Shown here: positions 42,068 to 52,700 of the stretch, piece by piece | How positions within the stretch are numbered: position 1 is the first letter of the stretch | How the letters are laid out: the number at the start of each line of letters is the position of its first letter | Origin: Octopus bimaculoides | Lineage: Eukaryota | Direction: 5' to 3' | NCBI RefSeq assembly: GCF_001194135.2 | Contig: NC_068983.1 | Coordinates: forward strand, 79,454,326-79,518,325 | Length of the DNA: 64,000 bases | Notes under the pieces: model-generated | Seen by the model: the letters and a program-made list of their open reading frames with translations, nothing else | What the model was told of the DNA's origin: nothing | Database searches by the model: none | Program-made: the position numbers and the translations under genes

Positions 42068-42530
42068 CCAACACACTCTGTAAAGTGGTTCACATTAGGA
42101 AGGACATCCAGCTATGGAAACCATGCTAAAACAGACATTGGAGCTTGATGCAGTCCTCTGGCTCATTCGATCCTGCCAGACCATTCACCCCATTTGCATG
42201 GATGGTGGACATAAAATGATGATGATGCGTATGTATGTATGTATATATATATATATCATCATCTGGTTTCCATGCTGGCATGGGTTGGATGGTTTGGCTG
42301 AGGACTGACAAACCGGGACACTGCACCAGGCTCCAATCTGATCTGCCAAGATTTCTAAAGCTGGATGCCCTTCCTAATGCCAATCACTCTGAGTGTGTAG
42401 TGGATACTTCGTATGTGCCACTGACATGGGAGCTTATCAGGCAGCACTGGCATTGACCACATTTGAATGGTGCTTTTTAAGTGCCACTGGCATGGGTGTC
42501 AGTCAAGCAACACTGGCTTCGGTCACACTT
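42068..42530. mobile_element. Tail-to-tail inverted SINE/RTE-tail pair (plus 42068-42228; minus 42255-42530)
   Basis: ATTAGGAAGGACATCCAGC vs GCTGGATGCCCTTCCTAAT; (GAT)n and (ATC)n tails face each other. Confidence 0.8.
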
Positions 42531-44024
42531 CTACTGCCTTGTGACTCATTCCTTCAAATGATTTTGGTATTTTTTTAAAAATCCTTGATAGTATATAGAT
42601 AAGTACCCCACTTGCATCATGGGAGATGAAGAGAAGGTAGAAGCTCAATTCCCTGCCAGGGAGATGCTAGAATGTTGTGGATAGATAGAAAGTCTAACTG
42701 AACTGAAAATTGGATAACATGTTCTTGGTATTTGGTTTCAACCCTTTAAACTCTGAGTACAGCTTCCACCCTGATTAGCTTTATGGTATCTTTTACTCTG
42801 TTTAATCAAATAGATAAGTATTTATCGAATAATGGAGTTAATATAATTGGTTATATACTTTGAGGCAGTGCCCTAGAATGGTTATAGTTCGGTGACTGAA
42901 ACCAGTAAAAGAATAGCCAAAGGTATCTCACAGATTTGAAATTGTTTGCAAGATATTTGATTAAATTTATGTTGATAGGTCAAATCTAATGTGTAAACCT
43001 TTTGACAAAATTCTTTGCTAAGAAAAATATTCTATCATGGATCTGCTAAGCTAGCAAAGGCATTTAATTAAATCAAATAAGAAAACTTCTATGTGACCAC
43101 ATACACACTACCTTATTAGTTCATTTTAAGTAAATTACACAGAGGAGATAGCAACTTAAAGCTGGGCTAGGAGAGTAGTAAACAGATACAGTGCAGATAT
43201 TAAGATATTTCAAGTAGAGACATTTTGAATAAACTTTGTATGTGAAATTGAATGCAGCTATATAATTGGAGATGCAAATAACCAGAGTTTGTAAGTCAGA
43301 TGGAAGGAAAACTATTAATATTTCCCTTGAAATATAAATGAAATCCAATTATTTAGCTAATCTAATCAGTGATATAACATCAACCAAAAAAATGTTATGA
43401 CTGTAAGAAAGTTTCCTTTGCAAATGAATAGTTGCATCTGCGCAAAAAAAAAATAAAAAACTGTGCAGGTATCAAAAATATCATGTAGTGTGTAGTGTTG
43501 CAAGAAAGGACAGTGGAAGTGTGTTGTTGGCAAAAAAAAAAAGACAGATCTGCAGCAGTTGCAGATAAATATGCTGAGAATGGATGTTTTGAGCCGGATA
43601 AAATGAAAAGAACTGCCATATGCAGATAGTTTTTGAGGATTGTATTTGTATACAATGACAACAGACTGAATTGAATAGTTAGTGAAAAGAAAGAGAGAGA
43701 GCAAGCATACTGGAGGAAGAGGTAACAAAAATATGTAACAAATTAAAGGACACCAGATTAAAAACCATTTAGTATATGTCAATCCAAAAAACTTCTTTAT
43801 CCTTGTCACCATCTGCAGTAGCACCATCACCATCACTGCCAATTTCTCCACCATTTCTGCCAAAACCACTACCACTACAGCCACCACTATTATTACCCAT
43901 TTTGTTCTTTCAATTCTATACTTAAAGCAGTGCCCAGTTTGTGTAAATATCAACTGAATCTTCATTTTTCGTCAGCTTAGTGTATATTTCTGAATACATT
44001 CTACACATTTTTGTTTGCACGCAT

Positions 44025-44060
<36 letters not shown>

Positions 44061-44293
44061 ACTATTAAATGATGCAAAAATAAATGGGACAGATTAGTCC
44101 TTATGTGCCTAAAGGCAAGATTAGAAATAAGTGAAAATGAAATTTTTAACAGTAATGTAAACTTACAATTGTTTTCTTTTAAAATTATCCAACAGTGTGC
44201 AATTAAAATAAACCCTTTACAGAGCATTTTCTGGTGATTCTTTTCAAACTATACACCAACAACTCAGTTCATTCTTAAACACATTACATCCTC

Positions 44294-44854
44294 NNNNNNN
44301 NNNNNNNNNNNNNNNNNNNNNNNNNNNNNNNNNNNNNNNNNNNNNNNNNNNNNNNNNNNNNNNNNNNNNNNNNNNNNNNNNNNNNNNNNNNNNNNNNNNN
44401 NNNNNNNNNNNNNNNNNNNNNNNNNNNNNNNNNNNNNNNNNNNNNNNNNNNNNNNNNNNNNNNNNNNNNNNNNNNNNNNNNNNNNNNNNNNNNNNNNNNN
44501 NNNNNNNNNNNNNNNNNNNNNNNNNNNNNNNNNNNNNNNNNNNNNNNNNNNNNNNNNNNNNNNNNNNNNNNNNNNNNNNNNNNNNNNNNNNNNNNNNNNN
44601 NNNNNNNNNNNNNNNNNNNNNNNNNNNNNNNNNNNNNNNNNNNNNNNNNNNNNNNNNNNNNNNNNNNNNNNNNNNNNNNNNNNNNNNNNNNNNNNNNNNN
44701 NNNNNNNNNNNNNNNNNNNNNNNNNNNNNNNNNNNNNNNNNNNNNNNNNNNNNNNNNNNNNNNNNNNNNNNNNNNNNNNNNNNNNNNNNNNNNNNNNNNN
44801 NNNNNNNNNNNNNNNNNNNNNNNNNNNNNNNNNNNNNNNNNNNNNNNNNNNNNN
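44294..44854. other. Assembly gap (N run)
   Basis: N bases. Confidence 1.
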
Positions 44855-45090
44855 TATCAATCTGGAGTAATAATTTGTAGTTTTGAAATCAGTAGTTCTT
44901 TGACTGCTATTTCTGAATTCTCAGTATGTTGGAGAAGCAGGTTACTGTCAATCCCTATATATTTATGATTATAAATTTTTTACCGAAGAAGGTTTCTTAC
45001 TGAGCTACCCGGCAGAATTGTTAATTATTAATTTTATTACTAATTGATGATTCCCTGCCCTGCATATCTATATATATATATATATATATA

Positions 45091-45268
45091 TATCTGTAAA
45101 AATATGTGACACTTATTCGGTAGCCATGTTAAAACTCTGAGTTTCGGATGCCGGGGTGGGAACCCACGCCAACATCTCTTCAGTTATCCGGCCAGTTATT
45201 CCCACCCCAGCATCCAAAACTCGGAGTTTTATCATGGCTACTGAATAAATGTCTCATTTTTACAGATA
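45091..45268. mobile_element. Palindromic MITE (~70-bp arms, 36-nt loop, TA flanks)
   Basis: 45091-45162 is the near-perfect reverse complement of 45199-45268. Confidence 0.85.
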
Positions 45269-45403
45269 AATTCCTCTATTTACATAATATTGAGGTCTCT
45301 TTCTTTCTTTTGTTGTCCTTTCTATCAATATATATATATATTACATATGTAATAATTAAGTTATATGTTATGTACTTTAGTGTATTTTATTAGTGTGCAT
45401 GAT

Positions 45404-45471
45404 CCCCTGGTCCATGGAAAAACTGTCTTGCATGAAACCAGTCTGTGGTGCAAAAAAGTTTGAGACTACTG
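45404..45471 (+). mobile_element. hAT-Charlie (MER1-like) 3' terminus
   Basis: GGTCCATGGAAAAACTGTCTTGCATGAAACCAGTCTGTGGTGCAAAAAAGTTTGAGACTACTG resembles the MER1 end as I recall it (GGTCCGTGGAAAAATTGTCTTCCACGAAACCGGTCCCTGGTGCCAAAAAGGTTGGGGACCGCTG). Confidence 0.7.
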
Positions 45472-45889
45472 GTGCAAAGAATTCAGTGTTGGAGTCATGT
45501 TGCTAAGTTGTGGGTTCAATTCTCAATCTCACGTGGTTTATTGTAGCCTTGAGCAAAACACTTCATTTCATGTTGCTCTACTCCAATCAGCTAAAAATGC
45601 TTAACTGCAATAGCTGGCTGGTTGAATGGTGAAATATAAACCAGTCATAAACTGGTGTCTCATTCAGATTTGAGTTTTGGTCACTTAAATGCTATGGAAA
45701 GTGGAATAAATTCTGATCTTGTAGCTTCAAAATAGACCTGAACTTAGTTATGAAGCAAAATCTGTGTAACTAAACCAACTTGAATAGTATAATGTATTTT
45801 CTTGAGGAAAAGGATCATTATGTTCAAAATTTTAGTATGAGATCGTAGATGCATTTTCTTAAGTGTTCTAATTAAACAAAGGATAAGGC

Positions 45890-46039
45890 ATAAGTGTGGT
45901 TGTGAAGATGAGAAACCTTCTTCCTAACATGTGGTCTTGAGTTCACTCCTACTGTGTGGCATCTTGCGCAAGTGTCTTCTACTATAGACCTGGGCCTTGC
46001 AAGTAGTTTTGGTAGATGGCACACTGGAAGAAGCCATCA

Positions 46040-46114
<75 letters not shown>

Positions 46115-46250
46115 ATGCGTGTGTGTATATATGTGTATGTATATATATATATATATGTATTTATGCGGTTGTGTGTGTATTCTTGACATCATGTGATGGA
46201 TATAAATGTGCATTGCTCTCATACAAGCATGGAAAAGTGGATGTTAAATG
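45890..46250 (+). mobile_element. tRNA-derived SINE with internal (TG)n
   Basis: Head GTGTGGTTGTGAAG...GAGTTCACTCCT; body as in 11030-11440. Confidence 0.75.
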
Positions 46251-46713
46251 ATGTTAATGATGAAGGTTTCATTTAAAACTTATACTTTCTCTCAAACTAA
46301 ATTTAGTTTACTTACTGATACTAATAAAATTGTTGTAATTTCACCCTATTGCAAAATTTTTGGTTTTCATCCAATAGTGTGCAACTGCTGTTTCTCAAAT
46401 ACTTTTTGAGTTTAGAAAACAGGTTATGTAGGTATTATTACTTACATGCTTAGCCATATATGCTATACATATAAGGCAAGTGACCAAAATGACTAGTTTA
46501 AGTACACACATTCATTAAAATACATAAATGGTGGTAATGTTTGATAAGCAAATCTACTTTTGTTTCATCTTTATCAATTATGCATATCTTTTTTTGCTAA
46601 GTGAAGCATGAAGCTCATTAAGTGTTGTTAGAGATTTTAATCAGGATATCTGTAAAGGTTGCAGCACCAAGCAAAATAGGTTTATTTGTTAAGTTTATGA
46701 AATGAGTATTTAT

Positions 46714-47450
46714 CAATGCAGACCACCACTAGTTTACATATTCTTATTTGCTGTTTATTATAATCTACTAACAAAACCATTCTTCTCCCAGTGCTGCCCT
46801 AAATATTTAAATATTTTCTTTCCAAAGAGCTTTCATAGAAATTTCAGAAGTTACATATGCCCATGGCATATAAAGTTTATTGAATGACTTTTTGAGTTGT
46901 TTTTTTTTTAGTTTCTTTTTGCAAATGCAGATAACCAGTAGTCCCTTTTGACTCTGGTTTTTATTTGCTGTTTACTATATTCTGCAAACTAAAGCTGTTT
47001 ACTCAGTACTATCTTCAACATTTAAATATATTTTTTCTGTAGAGAAGAGCTTTGATAGGCACTTCAGAACATACATCTCCCTATGATATACAAACATATC
47101 TAAATTTGAAAACTTTATTAGATGATTTTCTTTCTCTGATACAGACCACCACATGTTTTCACTGACTTACATTTTTATTACAAAGTATCTTAAGTTTGGC
47201 TAGTTTTAATATCTTTGAAAAAAAAAAAGGTGTTATAAATCATAATCATATATTGAATCATTGATATTACCACACTGTTAAACTTCTAGCTGAGGCTAAC
47301 TTTCATATTTACTTCAGTAAGCTTTAACAGTTTTTTTTCTTTGAGAATTTAATATTTTCAATACTAACAGATCAGAAGTATTCTGTTGAATATTATTGAG
47401 AATATTCATCTCTAAATATAACTAAAGTACTCAGTATGCACTTACATAGT
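46714..47450 (+). repeat. Diverged ~210-bp tandem repeat (2 clear units plus 1-2 partial); related copy ~49380-49476
   Basis: ATGCAGA.CACCA...TATTTGCTGTTTA...ATTTAAATAT...AAGAGCTTT.ATAG..A.TTCAGAA..TACAT recurs at ~46716 and ~46925; CAGACCACCAC at ~47142. Confidence 0.7.
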
Positions 47451-50400
47451 GTTTTGTAGAGAATGTGTTGTGTATATACACACATACACATACATTCACA
47501 GGAAAAGAAAATGAGCTAAAAGAAATAACACAGTATGGCTTGTTTTATGAATTTATGTATTTAAGCAACAATGACCAGTAAAGGCATATTTAATATCATA
47601 CAAGATGAATACTTACTTGACTGAAATTATCTCTGTTTTCCGAGATGTTAGAAGAATCACTTTGAGACAAATTGGTATCAATCTCAAATGAGAAATGGAT
47701 ACAATTTCATGAATCAAGAATTCTTCAAAATTAACATGCTATTAAGGAAAAGACAGGCTGAATGTTTAGAGTTAAGAGGATGGTTGTAGATACATGTTCC
47801 TGCCTGACAGCAGTTACTCTGTCCTCATTCATCTTTGTTGTTCAAATAAATGCTACAGGCAACGCTGAGTTATTTCTCTTACTTCATTTGCATTTCATTT
47901 ATGCAAATTATATATGTCTAAGTGTATGGTTCTGTTGTTTGTCAATGAGAAGGGCATCCAGCCATAGAAGCCAAAATAACAAAGTGATGTGTTGAACTCA
48001 AAACATCTCAGATCATGACAACATGGAAAGCAAACATAAGATGATGCAGATGATTATGTTTGTAGTTGCCTCCATACCAGGATTTTATGATAGTATCGAG
48101 GAAGTTGGATTCAGCAATCTTCAATAGACTTTCATTGTAGTTGGTAAAATAAAAGACATGTTTGTGTGTGTGTTATTGATATATTTATTTATGTGAACTT
48201 TGTATGTGTGTTGTGCATTTGTGTAGTAGCAGTAGTAGTGGTATCTTGTTATATGTTAGGACTACTTAGTAGAGTGTATTTTTATTTCAAGTTGAGAAAT
48301 TAAAGATACTCATTACACTGAATATTTGGCTATGTATGATTTTCATGGGCTAGAAGGTTTACCTCTGAACAATCTATACCTTATATATTCATCACTTTTA
48401 CATATAATCAATCATTCTTCTTCTAATACTCACTGCTCTCTTATTCTCTTAATTCTGTTGCACTAGGCCTAAGTCTCTATCTTTCTCTATGTTTCTATCT
48501 GTCTGTCAGTTTGTTTATGTATCCCTTCACACATGCACACATACATTCACACTCACTCTTATGACTGCTCTTATTTTGGTCTGCAAATGAAACAAAATAT
48601 TTCTGACAACACATCACATTGTCACAATTAATAATATATGATAGTTCCATAAACTTCCATTCACTCTGCTGTAACTGACTTCACCTTGATCTTGATGGTC
48701 TCCAGTCTCTTGTAGCACACATTGTCAATCACATAATTCTGTTTGGAACACTGAGTGTTTATTTCTGTAGAGTATCACAAGTCTTATTTACATCTCTCAC
48801 ACCTATTAAATTGCACTGCCTGAATAATGAATTTACACCCACTACTATCATCACCATATAATAATTTATAAACCAAATTTCAGATAGAATTGAAAAATAG
48901 AATATATCATAAGTCCCAAAAGCAATTTAACCTTTTTGATACCAACCTGCCTGCAAATGCCCCTGGATGTTGAATACAAACTTCCTGTTTTAAAGTGATC
49001 TAAATTAAAATCTTCCATCAAAATTCCATGTTATGTTCCAAATACCAACTGAATAATGACAGTTGTTTTTCTAAATTCTTCATTATTTTACTCAACTGAT
49101 TCAAACAAAGGCAGTGCATTTCAATACAAAGTTGATAAAAAAAAAGTTTAAGCCAACTTGTATTTCTGCTGAAATTTTGTTGCTCATTGTGCCTTACTTT
49201 TTTGTACTATAATAATTTTTCATCTAAACGAGTGTGGTAATATTTTCAAATGCACACATCGGAGATAGCTTGATAAACTCTTTATTATTATAATATATAT
49301 ATATAAGCGAAGCTAAATGCCATTTGAATGGCCTGCCTCACATATAGGAATAACATTAGATTTCGTTTCAAATGTTATTTGGAAATGTTAATTTCTTTTC
49401 TTTCTGTCTCCTTTAGGCAGATCACCTCACCCATGGAAGTTTTATATTTTTGAATTTGGTTAGTTTTAATATCTTTTCTCTTTTTTTTTTATATTATTTT
49501 TCATCTAATAAAGGTAACTTTTACTACACTTTCCTTTAGCACATTAGACAGCTGTTTCGGAGTAAATCATTTTTTTTCCTCTCCTTGCATATCACCTAGG
49601 AAAATAAAACAATAGAAAGGTCAAAAGGCATAATTCAGCACCTAGAAGGCTTGCATAATAGAATTATTTGCTTTACTTTAGTTCCCTACTTGTTTCCAGG
49701 TTTGAACCTTATAAAACATTGCAAATGTAGAGATGAGTTTTCAGTTCAATCAAGCAAGCAGAACCTCAAGGGATTAACAAAGAAGTAAACACTCTAGAAA
49801 TGGAAACATTTTGCTGTTATTATTTCAAATAATTACTTTTTTAAGGTAAAAGGTAGTATGATGATATTAAATTTGGCCTTAGTCATACTTAAAAAAAAAA
49901 AAAACTCTGATTGTAGTTTTAAGGAAACAAAGATTATGTTTTGTATAATGTTGTATAAGAATTTTGAGAAAAGACTTGTTCATTTGAATAAATGATTTGT
50001 TGATGTACAAAAATAAAAATGCTCTTAACTGTTAGTAGTGGTAAAAAATATACACTCACACAAAAAACAAACAAAGTAAATAATTTTCTATATATGTTGA
50101 GGTAGTTGCTATGATGCAACAGTAAAGGGTCTGTCAGAGGTGTGTGAGATGAAAGTTATATATTTTTCCTTTATGCAGACAAATGTAAATATAGGTGGCA
50201 GTAAAAGGAACTGTAAGAATCTTGATAGCATTAATGAAAATGACAAATACTGGATAAAAAATGTGAATCTAGAAAACAAATGAAAATTAGAGAAATAGAA
50301 TGTCTGAACATAAGACAATGGTGATATTAATAACTAGCTTGATGTTATTGTCGAGCTTCAGTTCAGCTTTGATCAAGCAAACCTGTTAGGAAATGTATTC

Positions 50401-51910
50401 TAGCCATAACCTCCCAGTTGTTTCATATACCAAAGACTGTATTATTAACTACTGTGTCCTTCATTATTTGGTGGATAGGGAAAAAGAAAGGTGTGATATA
50501 TGGAAGCTTTGCTTGTTATTTCTAGCAGATTGTGCAACCATGTACAGCTACTGTTGGTTCAATTTGTAGATTATGTCTTGAGTAGTTACTAGCTGATAAC
50601 ATACTGCAATTGATTTAATGTTTGTGACAATATATTAAATACCAGCTGCATGGTCATTTCACTTTAGAATACAGAAATATTTATTTATAATGCAGAAATA
50701 TCTATTTATAATGCAGAAATATTTATTGGAGTATGAGAGAAAAATAATAGTCTTTATTTGAAATATTACAATGTTTTGACTTTACTCCAACTCATTTTTT
50801 TCCTTCCTTCTGTTATTTTTCAAATGAGCAATTTTGTTGGTACTTAGGTAATTATGATTTAATTTTCTCTGCAGGAAAAGAAAAATAGATTTTAAAAAAT
50901 TGACATCTGTAAAAGATCAACATTTAAAAAGAAAGATTTTTCAAGGTTTTTCTTTCTCTTTCGCTTCATATGTGTATTGTTGTATAGCCTCAAAAATTAA
51001 ATTAGTTGCCAAATAAAAGCAAGGAAAATATAATATTTTTTTCACTGTATATAAATATTACTTCCGTGAACTATACAAAAATCTTAAGATTAAAATATTT
51101 CAATAAAGAAAAAGAACGCTCAGACACATGCACACTAAAATGGTCTAAACAAAAATTAAAACAACTTACTTTATGTTTAACAAACTATAATGGTTTCATG
51201 ATGAGATTAGTTATTTAAGAATAAGAAAAATATTTGTTGTTGCTGTTTTTTTTTCTTTGTTTCCTTAAAAAATAAAGATATGTGTGGAATTTAGCATTTT
51301 TTTAGCTTGATTTCTTGCTTTTCCTTTCCTCCTAGACAGAAATAATTACTAATGCATATTAATCAGCTGGCAAAGTACACTATGGTGGTATCATTCATCA
51401 GAGTAGAGTCTGATATTGCAGTAAAGGTATAATTAAGAAACCAAAAGTAATACAGAAAATAATGAAGCAAAAGTTGTTTTTTTTAATTTATAATCCTAAA
51501 AGTATGCAAACACTACAAGTCTCCCTTAGTGTACTTGACCAAAATTTATCTCTCCATTTCTTGTTATCAAGCTAGTATTGGTAAGATTATGCTTAAATGA
51601 GGCTTGTCAGAGTTGTTACCATACTTAACAAACATCAATTTCCCTCCCTACTACATACTCCCATTCAATTTTTAATGAATTGCAATTTTGGAGTTATCTT
51701 CCTTGCATATTTTTTGACCCACTAATGAGTTTACCTGTTCACTACAGATGTACTGTTGATTAAACTTTTTGGTAGCCCTGTGCTTTTAAATGGTTCAATA
51801 CATGCATGTATGTTAGACTCTCCTGTTCTATATTTAAGAGATGAGGAATTATGTACATTATTTACATTGTTTACACTTGACGGATATTTGTCCTCATCTT
51901 GTTTGTTGCT

Positions 51911-51956
51911 AACACAACGTTTCAGCTGATATACTCTCCAGTCTTCTTCAGTCTTC
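51911..51956 (-). ncRNA. Minimal type I hammerhead ribozyme motif (left arm), stems degenerate
   Basis: Minus strand reads CTGAAGA A GACTG GAGAGTATAT CAGCT GAAA CGTT GTGTT. Confidence 0.6.
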
Positions 51957-52029
51957 GATATACCTCCAGTCTTCGATATACCCTCCAGTCTTTGAACCTG
52001 GGTTCTCATTCCTAAGGTATTTTTCGATG

Positions 52030-52061
<32 letters not shown>

Positions 52062-52313
52062 GTTGATGTTGTTGCTGTTGTTATTGTTCAGGTCACTGCT
52101 TGGAATCGAACTCGGAATCTTGGGATTAGTAGCCCATGATCTTAACCACTACACCATATGCCCATGGGCATATGGGTGTAGTGGTTAAGATCACGGACTA
52201 CTAACCCCAAGATTCCGAGTTCAGTTCCAAGCAGTGACCTTAACAATAATAATAATAATAATAACATCGAAAAATACCTTAGGAATGAGAACCCAGGTTC
52301 AAAATTTCCCCAA

Positions 52314-52359
52314 GACACCTGAAAAAGGCTGGAGGGTATATCAGCCGAAACGTTGTGTT
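52314..52359 (+). ncRNA. Minimal type I hammerhead ribozyme motif (right arm), G8>A
   Basis: GACAC CTGAAAA A GGCTG GAGGGTATAT CAGCC GAAA CG TT GTGTT: stem I GACAC/GTGTT, stem II GGCTG/CAGCC, palindromic ACGT stem III. Confidence 0.65.
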
Positions 52360-52489
52360 AACAACAAACAAGATGAGGACAAATATCTGTTGAATGTAAA
52401 TAATGCACTCTCCTGTCATAAATGACAGTTGAAGATTCAGCAACTTCTTGCTGAATTATGTACTCAGGGGATTTGTTTAAAGTGATCAA

Positions 52490-52700
52490 ATGTTTATACT
52501 GCACACAAGCTCACTCACGCCATCAAATCAACATTCCTTGTTCAGGTACATAGTGTGTCAGACATCAGCTGTTGAAGTTGTTGCAGAATAACATGAAATG
52601 AAGCACTTTGCTCAAGAACACAATGCACTGCCCGCTCTGGGAATCAAAGCCATGATCTCATAATTGTGAATGCAATACACTAACCACAATGAGGCTTTGC
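52490..52700 (-). mobile_element. tRNA-derived SINE fragment
   Basis: TGAAATGAAGCACTTTGCTCAAGAACACAATG core plus reverse-complement head. Confidence 0.7.

Larger units (their letters stand above)
51827..52406. mobile_element. Palindromic head-to-head dimer of a tRNA-headed, hammerhead-tailed non-autonomous element with 10-bp TSD
   Basis: Centre GCCCA|TGGGC at 52164/65; arms complementary over ~240 bp; ACTCTCCTGT at 51817-26 and 52407-16. Confidence 0.88.

Noticed and set aside
43366-43965. 199-aa minus-strand ORF
   Set aside because: Low-complexity, T-rich translation with no recognisable domain or splice structure.
44264-44860. 198-aa ORF, and other ORFs containing X runs
   Set aside because: Open only because they span N gaps.
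50672-50727. 21-bp tandem repeat (about 2.5 copies)
   Set aside because: Ordinary AT-rich slippage product.
52165-52240. Possible tRNA gene
   Set aside because: A/B boxes and an anticodon-like loop are present, but there is no acceptor stem and it continues into an element body; it is a SINE head.
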